Assembly (NCBI GenBank): GCA_021812665.1
Contig: JAKAMX010000001.1
Coordinates: forward strand, 1-30,161
Source: a bacterium
GTDB taxonomy: Bacteria > Patescibacteriota > Minisyncoccia > Phycocordibacterales > UBA1550
Direction: 5' to 3'
DNA: 30,161 bases
The notes under the pieces were generated by a model. It had not been told where the DNA came from. It saw only the letters and a program-made list of their open reading frames with translations, and did not search any database. The position numbers and the translations under genes are program-made. Each line of letters starts with the position of its first letter. The stretch's first letter is position 1. Positions 1-8,118 of this stretch are shown piece after piece.

Positions 1-1
1 A

Positions 2-322
2 GCAGCTGGTATGCAAGGAAAGTTCTGGGAAATGGGTGATGCGCTTTTCAAGAACCAGGAAACTTGGTCAATCATGGACAACGAAACCGCAAAGGCAACA
101 TTCATAATCTACGCAAACAAACTTGGCTTGAATATTGCTAAATTCAAACTCGACATGGACGGCGCGACTGTAAAAGCAAAGATCGATCGCGATCAAAAGA
201 GCGGGCTCACTTCTGCTGTCGACCACACACCAACATTATTCATCAATGGCAAAAAAGCTGACAATCCTCGTTCGGCTGACGAGCTGAAGGCGCTTCTCGA
301 TTATGCAATCCAAAATCCCTAA
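2..322 (+). CDS. DsbA-family thioredoxin-fold protein, C-terminal part (5' truncated by the window edge)
   Basis: Frame is open from nt 2 (AAGMQGKFWEM...); DsbA-like C-terminus with 'V.HTPTLFINGK' cis-Pro loop; overlaps a VKOR gene. The CXXC motif lies outside the window. Confidence 0.85.
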   Translation, partial: AAGMQGKFWEMGDALFKNQETWSIMDNETAKATFIIYANKLGLNIAKFKLDMDGATVKAKIDRDQKSGLTSAVDHTPTLFINGKKADNPRSADELKALLDYAIQNP

Positions 323-737
323 TTGGCTCCTCGCTACGTTTATCGCTGTTGCGCTTATTGGTTTCAGCGATAGCTCTTTCTTGCTTGCTAAACGTTTGTC
401 AGGCGGGCCCATTCCTTGCTTCATCACCACCGGATGTGACACAGTTTCTCTCTCGTCATATTCAACGCTTTGGGGGATCCCGCTTGCGGGGTGGGGCGTA
501 GCATTTTATTTGGGCATCGGTTTTCTCACGCTGCTCTACTGGGATACAAAAAAAGAGTATCTCTTAAAACTTATTTTCACTGGCACCTTTATCGGGTTCG
601 TTATGTCAGCATACTTTATGTATCTGCAAAAGTTTGTGATCGGCGCGTTTTGTGTTTATTGTATTGGTTCCGCTATTACCTCAACAACGCTTTTCGCTTT
701 GAGTTTGATCTCTCGGAAAAAATTGAATTCCGCATAG
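303..737 (+). CDS. Vitamin K epoxide reductase (VKOR) family disulfide-formation membrane protein
   Basis: Cys pair 'C.ITTGCDTVSLSSYS', 'WGIPLA.WG..FY', terminal CXXC 'FCVYC', four hydrophobic helices; follows DsbA. Confidence 0.92.
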   Translation: MQSKIPNWLLATFIAVALIGFSDSSFLLAKRLSGGPIPCFITTGCDTVSLSSYSTLWGIPLAGWGVAFYLGIGFLTLLYWDTKKEYLLKLIFTGTFIGFVMSAYFMYLQKFVIGAFCVYCIGSAITSTTLFALSLISRKKLNSA

Positions 738-742
738 ATAAC

Positions 743-775
743 GAAAAACCGCCGCGGTGACCGTGGCGGTTTTTC
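743..775. terminator. Bidirectional intrinsic terminator
   Basis: GAAAAACCGCCGCGG-TGA-CCGTGGCGGTTTTTC between convergent genes. Confidence 0.85.
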
Positions 776-778
776 TAT

Positions 779-1630
779 TTATCGTGCTTCAAACAATTTC
801 GGCTCTTCCTCGTTTCGCATATTGAGTGCGATAACAAGCATAAACACGAGAAGCGTTAGGTATGCTGGCAGGAAGAATAGTCCCATGATATTGAGGAGTG
901 TCTTGAGCGCCAGCGCCGGAACGATCGCATAAAGACTCATTTTGTATGCACTGCTGTACGAGAGTTGCTCCTTTTTGATCCATGCAATCAGGAGCGGGAT
1001 AAGTGCGAACAAAAGCAAAATTACCAAATAGAACGCAAAACCGAGCAAAAAGACCACGAACATCGCAATTCCCCCGCCAATAATGATAGCCACTGCATGG
1101 CTGCGGATTTGTTCAATAAACGAGAGCAGCATCGCCTGACTAATAACCATCGGAGGCGCATTGCGGAGTGATTGAATGGTGATCTGTCCATCCTCGTTGC
1201 TCGTCACGAGATCTGTCTTGGTGAGTAGTGCGTACGTTTTGTATTCCAAAAACGACTTCTTGTCGAATTCATGATTTGTATCAACAACAAGCAAATTCTG
1301 AACAGAACCAACCGTTGTTGTCGCGCCGTTCATACTTTTGACTGGCACAAAATACGGCATCGCAACCTGCGCCGAAGCCTGACCCTTGTCGATATTGATT
1401 GTGAGCGCTTCAGGATAGTAGTTCTTCACGAGATCTGCTGCTCGATATTTGATGAATGCCCCGCCCACGATTCCCAAGAACACGGCTAGTGCGACGGCCA
1501 TAACTCCCGCGAGCGCTACTGTTGCCTTTGCATAAAAACGAAATGCCTCCCAAAACGGCGCCGTAGCAATATTTTGGTAAAACGACGGATTATAAATACT
1601 ATTTTTAAATGTTTGATAAAAATTTTTCAT
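779..1630 (-). CDS. DUF1189-like membrane protein
   Basis: N-terminal 'F..SIYNPSFY' plus TM helix, soluble loop, several C-terminal TM helices with 'YSSAYKMSLYAIVP'. Confidence 0.7.
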   Translation of the reverse strand: MKNFYQTFKNSIYNPSFYQNIATAPFWEAFRFYAKATVALAGVMAVALAVFLGIVGGAFIKYRAADLVKNYYPEALTINIDKGQASAQVAMPYFVPVKSMNGATTTVGSVQNLLVVDTNHEFDKKSFLEYKTYALLTKTDLVTSNEDGQITIQSLRNAPPMVISQAMLLSFIEQIRSHAVAIIIGGGIAMFVVFLLGFAFYLVILLLFALIPLLIAWIKKEQLSYSSAYKMSLYAIVPALALKTLLNIMGLFFLPAYLTLLVFMLVIALNMRNEEEPKLFEAR

Positions 1631-1634
1631 ATTA

Positions 1635-2096
1635 TTATTTTTGATTTTTTGTCACAATTTTATGCATCTCCTCGGTCAGTTCATTATTTATTTTCACCAA
1701 TCGATGGATCTCGTCTTGAATTTTTAAAAGCGCTTCGGCGTCCTTGTATGTTTGCAACGCCTGCTTATCCGAAGCCTCAGCAGCAACTTTTTGGCCGACC
1801 ATGATGACCGACAATAATACTAATTGCAAAAACGTCTGCGCTATCCATGAAACCAGTGCCGCCGTGCCGCCGTGTATTGCAGCAGGAAGGCTAATAAGCG
1901 CAATAGCTGCAAACAAATACGCGCACCACATGGTGCCGACTGCTGCGGTTATCATTATCGCCAGACGACCATTAAGGCCGACGTGCTCATTTTTTGTAAG
2001 ATGTGGTCCTGTTTTTTGTCTCTCCTCTATTCGTGGGTGGGGTACGTGTGTTTCCATATCATCACTGATGATACACCGAAAGATGTGCCACATCAA
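1635..2096 (-). CDS. DUF1003-like membrane protein (true start probably ATG at 2057)
   Basis: 'RLAIMITAAVGTMWCAYLF...WIAQTFLQLVLLSVIMVGQ' followed by a coiled-coil tail. Confidence 0.7.
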   Translation of the reverse strand: MMWHIFRCIISDDMETHVPHPRIEERQKTGPHLTKNEHVGLNGRLAIMITAAVGTMWCAYLFAAIALISLPAAIHGGTAALVSWIAQTFLQLVLLSVIMVGQKVAAEASDKQALQTYKDAEALLKIQDEIHRLVKINNELTEEMHKIVTKNQK

Positions 2097-2115
2097 TCAG
2101 CTACACGATATACAA

Positions 2116-2141
2116 AATCCCGCACATTTCTGTGCGGGATT
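2116..2141 (-). terminator. Intrinsic terminator downstream of the unannotated small ORF
   Basis: Minus strand AATCCCGCACA-GAAA-TGTGCGGGATT followed by TTGTAT. Confidence 0.7.
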
Positions 2142-2156
2142 GGATGAAAGATTGAG

Positions 2157-2309
2157 TTAACCCAGGTAACGAAACGCCCAGAGGCTATCCGGCTTGAATT
2201 TCTGGTCATACCCGAGATTGATGGCGCTCACATAGCGACCGACTCGGGCGACACTGTCGAGAACAAAGATGTAGCACTTATCTCGCCAGGGCAGAGACTT
2301 GGTCACCAC
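2157..2309 (-). CDS. Small 50-aa hypothetical protein (not in the ORF track)
   Basis: GTG start about 9 nt after GAGGAG; VVTKSLPWRDKCYIFVLDSVARVGRYVSAINLGYDQKFKPDSLWAFRYLG*; terminator 15 nt downstream; fills an otherwise empty gap. Confidence 0.45.
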   Translation of the reverse strand: MVTKSLPWRDKCYIFVLDSVARVGRYVSAINLGYDQKFKPDSLWAFRYLG

Positions 2310-2370
2310 ATGGATCCTCTCCTCTTTCTACCATTTGTCAATGGTTCTACCCCCTTATTAGGGCCTTTGT

Positions 2371-2688
2371 TTAAATCTGCACCAAAACCACACTGACAAT
2401 CCCCAGCAGGATACCAATCTTGTTCGTAAGTGAGAGACTTTCATTAAATAGCGCCACGCCTACCAATACAACAACAACGAGATTCAAAACAGTAAATATG
2501 GTGATTGCTTTTGCGAGGAGTTCAAAGCGCAAAGAGTTCGCCCAAATGATTGTACTAATACCATAAAGCGCTACCCCTCCCCATAACAAAACCCCACGCG
2601 CATTTATTGACCAATATTTAAAAAGAATGTCGGCGATGATTTCAAATGCGACGGCAAGCACTACGAGATAGAAGAAAGTGTTTTTCAT
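2371..2688 (-). CDS. SMR/DMT-family small multidrug-type transporter
   Basis: 105 aa, four TM helices, membrane-embedded Glu ('AFEIIAD'), 'FNESLS..KIGI' motif. Confidence 0.8.
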   Translation of the reverse strand: MKNTFFYLVVLAVAFEIIADILFKYWSINARGVLLWGGVALYGISTIIWANSLRFELLAKAITIFTVLNLVVVVLVGVALFNESLSLTNKIGILLGIVSVVLVQI

Positions 2689-2783
2689 TTTTTCGCAACA
2701 AGCTTAGCTCTCACCTTTTTCCAGTCTCCGCGTTTGGGCTTTCGCAGTATCAATCTTTTCGTAGTCAATGTTATCTCTCTCAT
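2685..2783 (-). pseudogene. Truncated N-terminus of a RimJ/RimL-type GNAT acetyltransferase (32 aa)
   Basis: MREITLTTKRLILRKPKRGDWKKVRAKLVAKK* matches the 'L.T.RL.LR....D' GNAT start; its TGA overlaps the SMR ATG (ATGA). Confidence 0.55.
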
Positions 2784-2787
2784 GTTA

Positions 2788-3201
2788 TTACTTAAGCCCG
2801 TGTTCGTGAAAACATTCTTTGTATTTCTGGTCAGCGTTCATCAAGTGGTAGATCAACCAGTCCTCGAGAAAATCGACAAGATTGAAAGCTAGCTGGATAG
2901 GATCATCTGCAAATTGTTTACTGAGATCATCAAGCTTTGCGCTAAATTCTCTGTGTCTTTGAATATGCTCTTCCGCTCCTGCATAATTAAATTGCTTAAA
3001 ATATTTCTCTTCAGTAGCAAAGTGAAATTTTTTGTATGCAACTAGTTCCTCCACAATTCTAGAGATCTTTTCCCTTGTTGGCGCCTCGCTGATCGCATCA
3101 ACCAGTTCATTTATAGTGGCAAACATCACCTTATGCTGATTGTCTATTTCTTCCACCCCAACACTATATTTTGCATCCCACTCAAGTTTTTTCTGTGACA
3201 T
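2788..3201 (-). CDS. Bacteriohemerythrin
   Basis: 'W...YSVGVEEIDNQH', 'HFATEE', 'H...H..F', 'WLIYHLMNADQKY' di-iron ligands. Confidence 0.93.
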   Translation of the reverse strand: MSQKKLEWDAKYSVGVEEIDNQHKVMFATINELVDAISEAPTREKISRIVEELVAYKKFHFATEEKYFKQFNYAGAEEHIQRHREFSAKLDDLSKQFADDPIQLAFNLVDFLEDWLIYHLMNADQKYKECFHEHGLK

Positions 3202-3227
3202 GCATTCATCATACCAAATTGAACACG

Positions 3228-3256
3228 GAAAAGCCCCACGCGAAGTGGGGCTTTTC
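3228..3256. terminator. Bidirectional terminator-like hairpin at the left island edge
   Basis: GAAAAGCCCCAC-GCGAA-GTGGGGCTTTTC; similar to the hairpin at 7545-7570. Confidence 0.8.
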
Positions 3257-3266
3257 TATTATTTTT

Positions 3267-3445
3267 GGGTGCCTACTGGGAATTATCACGAGTTGCTAAG
3301 TCTGCTTGCGTGAGTACACACTGCGCGGACTAAGTACTCGCGATCCCGACTCGGCGACCGTGCGGGTGCCCGCCTCCGTCTTTCAAATCCCGATAGCCGC
3401 TCCAAAAACTAAAGAGACCGGACAACTTGTCCGGTCTCTTGTTTT
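3267..3445 (-). repeat. tRNA-3'-end-derived structured element, His-type copy 1
   Basis: 3267-3348 is 79/82 identical to 7379-7460; begins with a degenerate tRNA-His T-stem/acceptor copy; ends in the 14-bp hairpin at 3412-3440. Confidence 0.85.
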
Positions 3446-3447
3446 GG

Positions 3448-3510
3448 GCTGCCGTAGTAGAGGAAGTACAAAAGATTTTTGTGTCCCCGATTGTATTACT
3501 TTGTATTTAA
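3448..3510 (+). other. Orphan recombinase C-terminal tail / att half-site 1 (AAVVEEVQKIFVSPIVLLCI*)
   Basis: Follows the degenerate core GGGCTGC; peptide similar to the tails at 7579 and 10876; no start codon. Confidence 0.6.
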
Positions 3511-3575
3511 TTTGTAATGTGCCTGGGTACTTGTTGCGCCTGCCGTCTTGTTCCTCTCCTAAAGCTGCAATTAGC

Positions 3576-5609
3576 TTAGTATGCGTTGAGTACTGCTCGT
3601 GTCCCTGGTCCAACATAACCAACAGCCGAAATACCATGCGCTTTCTGAAGAGCGGCAACACCCGCAGCGGTAAGTGGTCCGAAGTTTCCGCTGGTTGGAC
3701 CATTGTAATACCCAAGCTCAGTTAGTCTTTTTTGTAACTCAACAACCTCGTTCCCTGTCATACCCTGCTGAAGGAATAACGTGAATTGATATTTTGAAGT
3801 CGAAGCGGGAGACGTAGTAACGACCGCTCCTGACGAACAAGGAAGTCCTGTTGTAGAACTGTACCCATAGCTCGATGAGCACCCAGAAGGAAGTGTGCCG
3901 CTCGTCGTGCTTGGGATGGTTGTTGTAGTTGTGCTACCGACCGTCACCGGAAGTGCCCCGCAGTCATTCAATGAATCACACACAACAACGATGGCGTGCC
4001 CATTACCAATTCCAGACAATGAAAGCACACTTCCATTTATAGTCGCCTGCACAATATTTGAGTTAGTGTTATACGCAACAGTATAGTTGCTGTTTGATCC
4101 ACCAGAAACAGAAACACTAGTGCTTTGTCCGAGACTCAGTACTGGCCCTGTTGAATTAAAGCTCAAGAACGAAGTTGCTGTTGATGCGTTTGTTGTCGTG
4201 GGGGTTGTTTGCGTCCCGGTGACATGGAGTGATAATGACGCACACCCAGTGTTGGTTGAAGAGCAAACAGTGATTTGCGCTGAGCCAATATTCGCGCCGG
4301 TTACATAGAGCGCACCTCCACTGATCCCCGCCTGGAAAACATCGTTTGATGGAGTGATGAGGATATACGGTGTCGTGCCACCAGTGATAGCAACACTTGA
4401 TGTTTGTCCGATTCCTACTGTTAAATTATTTTGAGCAAGATACACCTGGCTCGTACTCGAGGTATTATTTACTGTTACTTTTAAACTATTACAGTTACCT
4501 GATGTAACACAAACATTGATCGTTACTGTTCCGCTTGCTGCACCCAAGAGTGTCAGAGTGCTGCCCGAAATATTCGCCTGAACAATACTTGGGTTTGTGT
4601 TCGAAGCAATATAATAGGTTGCTGCACTACTGCCAGATATTGATACGGTCATCGTTTGCCCAACAGTTAGCACCGGTGCTGTTTGGCTGAACGAGATGCT
4701 ACCCGAACTTGTGCCACCGAGAGTAACTGTGACAACGCCACACGAACTAACGTTTGTTGAACACACCGTGATCGAGTATGTTCCGCTCGTGTTACTGCTA
4801 CCACCCAAGGTAAGAATACTTCCACTGATGCTGGTGGTCACATTGCCAGAACTTGAATTACCTGAAACCATATATGACCCCGTACCGCCAGAAATAGTTA
4901 TCGCAGTACTCTGTCCGTAAGAAAGAGAAACATTACTTTGACTAAATGTCAGCGTCTGTGTTCCCCCACCCTGAACCGTCACGTTTAATGTTGGACAGTT
5001 TGTCGTATTTCCTACCGAGCAAACAGTGACAGTTGTCGAACCACTTGCGAGCCCCAAAACAGTAATTTGATTTCCATTAACCGCAGCAGATGCAATCGCA
5101 GCATTTGAGTTGTTCAAAATATACAGAGCATTTTGTGTGTTGTTGGTTGCAGTCACTGTGTTCGTCTGACCAACAGAAAGCACCAACGCAGTCTGGTTTA
5201 GCGTAACTGAATTCACTGTTGTAGTAGTCACCGTAGGCCATAAGACCGTTGATGAGATCAAGCCATTGATACCACCTACCGAGACGTATGCTGGATTGCC
5301 TGTCGTGAGCCCAAACGAAGAACTACTAAATGTGTTTGAGAAATATCCGGACGAATTGGTTGTACCGATAGCCTTGATCTGCAAAACAGAATTTGTTGGT
5401 GTGTAATAAAGAATAACGCTCGAGTTCGGATCGGCGTTCACCGCAATCTGAACATTGTCACTACTTCCCGTAGCAGTAAGATTCAACGTTGGCGTTACTG
5501 AAGCAAGCGCCGTTGCCGAGAAAGTAACAAAGGAAACGACTGATAATAAAAATAGCAGAATTTGTTTTTTCGGTTTCATATAATATAAAATAGCACAATT
5601 AAAGAACAA
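3576..5609 (-). CDS. Secreted Ser/Thr-rich surface protein with five Ig-like repeats and a C-terminal peptidoglycan-binding domain (start probably ATG at 5579)
   Basis: Signal peptide MKPKKQILLFLL...ALA; five ~80-aa repeats 'L..GQ......' each ending in a C-x4-7-C pair; 'GCSSSYGYSSTTGLPC'; PG_binding_1-like 'LQQGMTGNEVVELQKRL...G.FGPLT..GV..LQ..HGI..VGYVGP.T'. Confidence 0.85.
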   Translation of the reverse strand: MFFNCAILYYMKPKKQILLFLLSVVSFVTFSATALASVTPTLNLTATGSSDNVQIAVNADPNSSVILYYTPTNSVLQIKAIGTTNSSGYFSNTFSSSSFGLTTGNPAYVSVGGINGLISSTVLWPTVTTTTVNSVTLNQTALVLSVGQTNTVTATNNTQNALYILNNSNAAIASAAVNGNQITVLGLASGSTTVTVCSVGNTTNCPTLNVTVQGGGTQTLTFSQSNVSLSYGQSTAITISGGTGSYMVSGNSSSGNVTTSISGSILTLGGSSNTSGTYSITVCSTNVSSCGVVTVTLGGTSSGSISFSQTAPVLTVGQTMTVSISGSSAATYYIASNTNPSIVQANISGSTLTLLGAASGTVTINVCVTSGNCNSLKVTVNNTSSTSQVYLAQNNLTVGIGQTSSVAITGGTTPYILITPSNDVFQAGISGGALYVTGANIGSAQITVCSSTNTGCASLSLHVTGTQTTPTTTNASTATSFLSFNSTGPVLSLGQSTSVSVSGGSNSNYTVAYNTNSNIVQATINGSVLSLSGIGNGHAIVVVCDSLNDCGALPVTVGSTTTTTIPSTTSGTLPSGCSSSYGYSSTTGLPCSSGAVVTTSPASTSKYQFTLFLQQGMTGNEVVELQKRLTELGYYNGPTSGNFGPLTAAGVAALQKAHGISAVGYVGPGTRAVLNAY

Positions 5610-5705
5610 TATTGCGTATATACCGTATACGAGAAGAAATCAGAACTTGATGCGAGACGAGTAAATTATAATACTTGAAACGCTAGATTTCGAGGCTTGA
5701 AAACA

Positions 5706-5733
5706 GGCCAGCCGGACGATTGTCCGGCTGGCC
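5706..5733. terminator. Terminator hairpin for 5740-6258
   Basis: GGCCAGCCGGAC-GATT-GTCCGGCTGGCC with A- and T-rich flanks. Confidence 0.8.
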
Positions 5734-5739
5734 TTGTTT

Positions 5740-6258
5740 TCAGATCTTTCTACTATCGTACGCCCAGTGCAACAATGCCTGTCTTTGTCTCGGTCTACAG
5801 TGCGCATCACCCGCCCTGCAATGTGCCCTGATCTGAGCGATATGCCTCGTCATCATACGCCATCGCTTGATCTGTCGAATATCCTCTGCCGGAATTCGTC
5901 GCCCCATATAATATCTGCAGTACCACTGGAACCATCCGCGCGGATCATCTTTGTAGATCCACCCCTTCTTTTGCCAGACTGAAAGTGGCTGGCTTGCATT
6001 GATTTTAAAGTAATTCAGCTCCGGATCATGTGTGTATATCCCCTTCTTCTGAAATTTTGCCTTTGTAAACCAGCTCTTTGGAAATTCTTTCGTGCAGTCT
6101 CTCATATAAACTCCGCCGAACACGCCAAGCGCGAGCATTTCTTTCGGAGAGAGATCTGGTTTGAATTTCGGATCAAAGTTCTTGCCTACCGGCTCGGTAA
6201 GCTGGTATGTATATCTCTTTTGCGTGCGGTCGTTGACCGTCACCAACTTCTTCTTCAT
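5740..6258 (-). CDS. Conserved hypothetical protein (DPRGWFQWYCRY motif)
   Basis: 172-aa ORF overlapping the TspO stop by 4 nt; Trp/Arg/Cys-rich, conserved-looking motifs; no function assignable. Confidence 0.8.
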   Translation of the reverse strand: MKKKLVTVNDRTQKRYTYQLTEPVGKNFDPKFKPDLSPKEMLALGVFGGVYMRDCTKEFPKSWFTKAKFQKKGIYTHDPELNYFKINASQPLSVWQKKGWIYKDDPRGWFQWYCRYYMGRRIPAEDIRQIKRWRMMTRHIAQIRAHCRAGDAHCRPRQRQALLHWAYDSRKI

Positions 6259-6758
6259 ATATTGAGCGCGACAATAGAGTAGTTAAGATAAACAGCAAAA
6301 CTGACCCAGAGGATATATGGGAGCAGCAAATACATCGCTGTGCGCGAGATTTTATAAAACGATACCATCGTAGCGAGTATCGCGATCCACAGCGCAACAA
6401 TGTCATAGAGCGCAAGCGTAGGATTATGCAATCCAAAAAAGAAAATGGACCAGAGCATGTTGAGCACCAGTTGAACAAAAAAGAGAATCAATCCCCTTTT
6501 TCGATCCATCGCAGTTATCTCTGATTTATTTTCCCAAACGAGAAACACCGAGATACCCATGAGCAAATACAAAAGTGTCCACACAGGACCAAACACCCAC
6601 GAAGGTGGGTTGAGCGCAGGCTTTAACAAAGTGACATACCACGAAGAAACTGACGAGACGGTGAAAACAGAACCAGCAATCCCCGCCAATTCACAAACAA
6701 CGATAGCAAAAACGACTTGAGAGACACGCTTGATAGTAAGGTTGTGCATTGCAGTCAT
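6255..6758 (-). CDS. tspO: TspO/MBR family tryptophan-rich sensory protein
   Basis: 'WY..L.KP.LNPPSWVFGPVWTLLY.LMG.S', 'LFFVQLVLN.LWS.FFF', 'LLLPY..WVSFA..LN'. Confidence 0.95.
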   Translation of the reverse strand: MTAMHNLTIKRVSQVVFAIVVCELAGIAGSVFTVSSVSSWYVTLLKPALNPPSWVFGPVWTLLYLLMGISVFLVWENKSEITAMDRKRGLILFFVQLVLNMLWSIFFFGLHNPTLALYDIVALWIAILATMVSFYKISRTAMYLLLPYILWVSFAVYLNYSIVALNI

Positions 6759-6842
6759 TGTATCATTTTGTTTTTGATAATTGATAGGCGCCGAAACATG
6801 CGCCCGAAGAGCGTCTTGCTGCTCTCCGCTTTTGCCGTATCA

Positions 6843-7289
6843 CTACTTAAAAAAACTAGCGCCAACCAAGACGACTCCTGCCCCAAGAAGACACCCCGAC
6901 ATTTTTCCAACAGCGGAGCCAAGAACAGTCCTTTTGTCGTCTACGGCCAACGCGGCCCAATATCCCTCAAAAATACCCGCGACCCCATCAGTGATCGCAT
7001 TGCCAACCACACCACCGATTATTGCTCCAACAACACCCGCTAGTTCTCCGCCGACTACAGCCATTACCGCGAGAATTCCATTATCGATAACACCGAAAAC
7101 AATGTCCGGCTTAACAGCTGAAATCTTTATATTAAATAGTTTCAATGAAGCAAGGCAAAGAAAAGCGAGGGCAACGAGGACGTACCCGATCAAATTCGCT
7201 TTATAGACGAAAAAAGTACTTACAAAAAAGATCACCGCACAGAGGACCAAAATATTTAATACTGAGGTTAAAAAACTTTTCTTTGTCAT
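6843..7289 (-). CDS. TMEM65/VIT-like membrane protein
   Basis: 'IVFGVIDNG...GN.ITDG.AG' resembles the TMEM65-type 'FG..DN...GN..SD..G' pattern; Gly-rich TM helices. Confidence 0.5.
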   Translation of the reverse strand: MTKKSFLTSVLNILVLCAVIFFVSTFFVYKANLIGYVLVALAFLCLASLKLFNIKISAVKPDIVFGVIDNGILAVMAVVGGELAGVVGAIIGGVVGNAITDGVAGIFEGYWAALAVDDKRTVLGSAVGKMSGCLLGAGVVLVGASFFK

Positions 7290-7378
7290 ATGAAGGATTA
7301 TAGCATCCAGTGCCTAACACTGTTAGGCACTCCCAGAAAGCCAAAGAGGTCGGGCAATTTGTCCGGCTACTTGTTTTT

Positions 7379-7577
7379 GGGTGCCTACTGGGAATTATCA
7401 CAAGTTGCTAAGTCTGCTCGTGTGAGTACACACTGCGCGGACTAAGTACTCGCGATCCCGCCTCGCCGTTGCTTCGCAACATGCTCCGGCTTTCAAATCC
7501 CAGCCGCAAGCAAAGCAGTTTGCTTGCTTAGGCACCCAAAATAAAAAAGCCCACCTCGTGTGGGGCTTTTTTATTTT
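7379..7577 (-). repeat. tRNA-3'-end-derived structured element, His-type copy 2
   Basis: Starts GGGTGCCTACTGGGA and contains the inverted TTCAAATCCC...TAGGCACCC; perfect 21-bp inverted repeat at 7532-7552/7563-7583. Confidence 0.85.
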
Positions 7578-7578
7578 G

Positions 7579-7674
7579 GGTGCAGTCGTAGAGGAAGTTC
7601 GAAAAGTTTTTGAAGATAAAAACAGCACGTCTATCTACATTCCCGCTTTCTCAACAAAAGAAGGCTCGGGCTAG
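7579..7674 (+). other. Orphan recombinase C-terminal tail / att half-site 2 (GAVVEEVRKVFEDKNSTSIYIPAFSTKEGSG*)
   Basis: Follows the GGGTGC core; GGT-GCA is in the same register as the integrase GGT-GCC at 27434. Confidence 0.7.
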
Positions 7675-8111
7675 TTCCACTTCCCTTTCAGCTTGAGATA
7701 TTTGATGGGAATAATGAGCAAAGAAACAATTACGAAAATTGCAGTAAACACTAGTGCAACCAGGCCAGGGGTTAAAATATTTGGTACTCCCCAACTTCCA
7801 TTACCTTCTGGAGTAATTGCGGTAAGGATGACAGTGAGTGGAATCCACCAATACGCAAACTTGAGCCAGGAGTAGAAAACTTCGTCACGGATTTTGTAGG
7901 TGATGAGAGAAATTAAGAGTATTGTAGCTCCCATATATAGGCCGAGAATAACAAACGGTTTTGAAATGTAAGCGGTGTCATAGCAGTATTTTGAACCCGC
8001 TGACCAAACTCCGATATTTCTGCAAAAACCAAATATTAATGGGTTACTAACGATATAAACTCCAATAAACACTATGAGCGAGGCCCAAAACACCGTTTTT
8101 TTAGATAGCAT
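7671..8111 (-). CDS. Hypothetical membrane protein (3-4 TM helices); possible immunity partner of the upstream lipase
   Basis: 146-aa hydrophobic ORF starting 7 nt after the lipase stop. Confidence 0.75.
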   Translation of the reverse strand: MLSKKTVFWASLIVFIGVYIVSNPLIFGFCRNIGVWSAGSKYCYDTAYISKPFVILGLYMGATILLISLITYKIRDEVFYSWLKFAYWWIPLTVILTAITPEGNGSWGVPNILTPGLVALVFTAIFVIVSLLIIPIKYLKLKGKWN

Positions 8112-8118
8112 AATTTTG

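Noticed and set aside
1744-2160. 138-aa plus-strand ORF and similar antisense ORFs (e.g. 6781-7206, 12875-13327, 24032-24514, 29777-30157)
   Set aside because: Antisense to well-supported genes, with no motifs of their own.
3267-3400. Additional functional tRNA-His genes at 3267 and 7379
   Set aside because: Only the T-stem 3' strand and acceptor 3' strand are present; no D-arm or anticodon arm.
3267-7460. Repeats as a CRISPR array
   Set aside because: Only 2-3 copies kilobases apart, no regular spacers, and no cas genes.
7398-7628. 76-aa ORF 'MLFLSSKTFRTSSTTAPK...'
   Set aside because: It is the antisense of the recombinase tail plus the palindromic repeat element, with no coding signature of its own. 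The same applies to the ORFs at 3306-3725 and 3383-3715.
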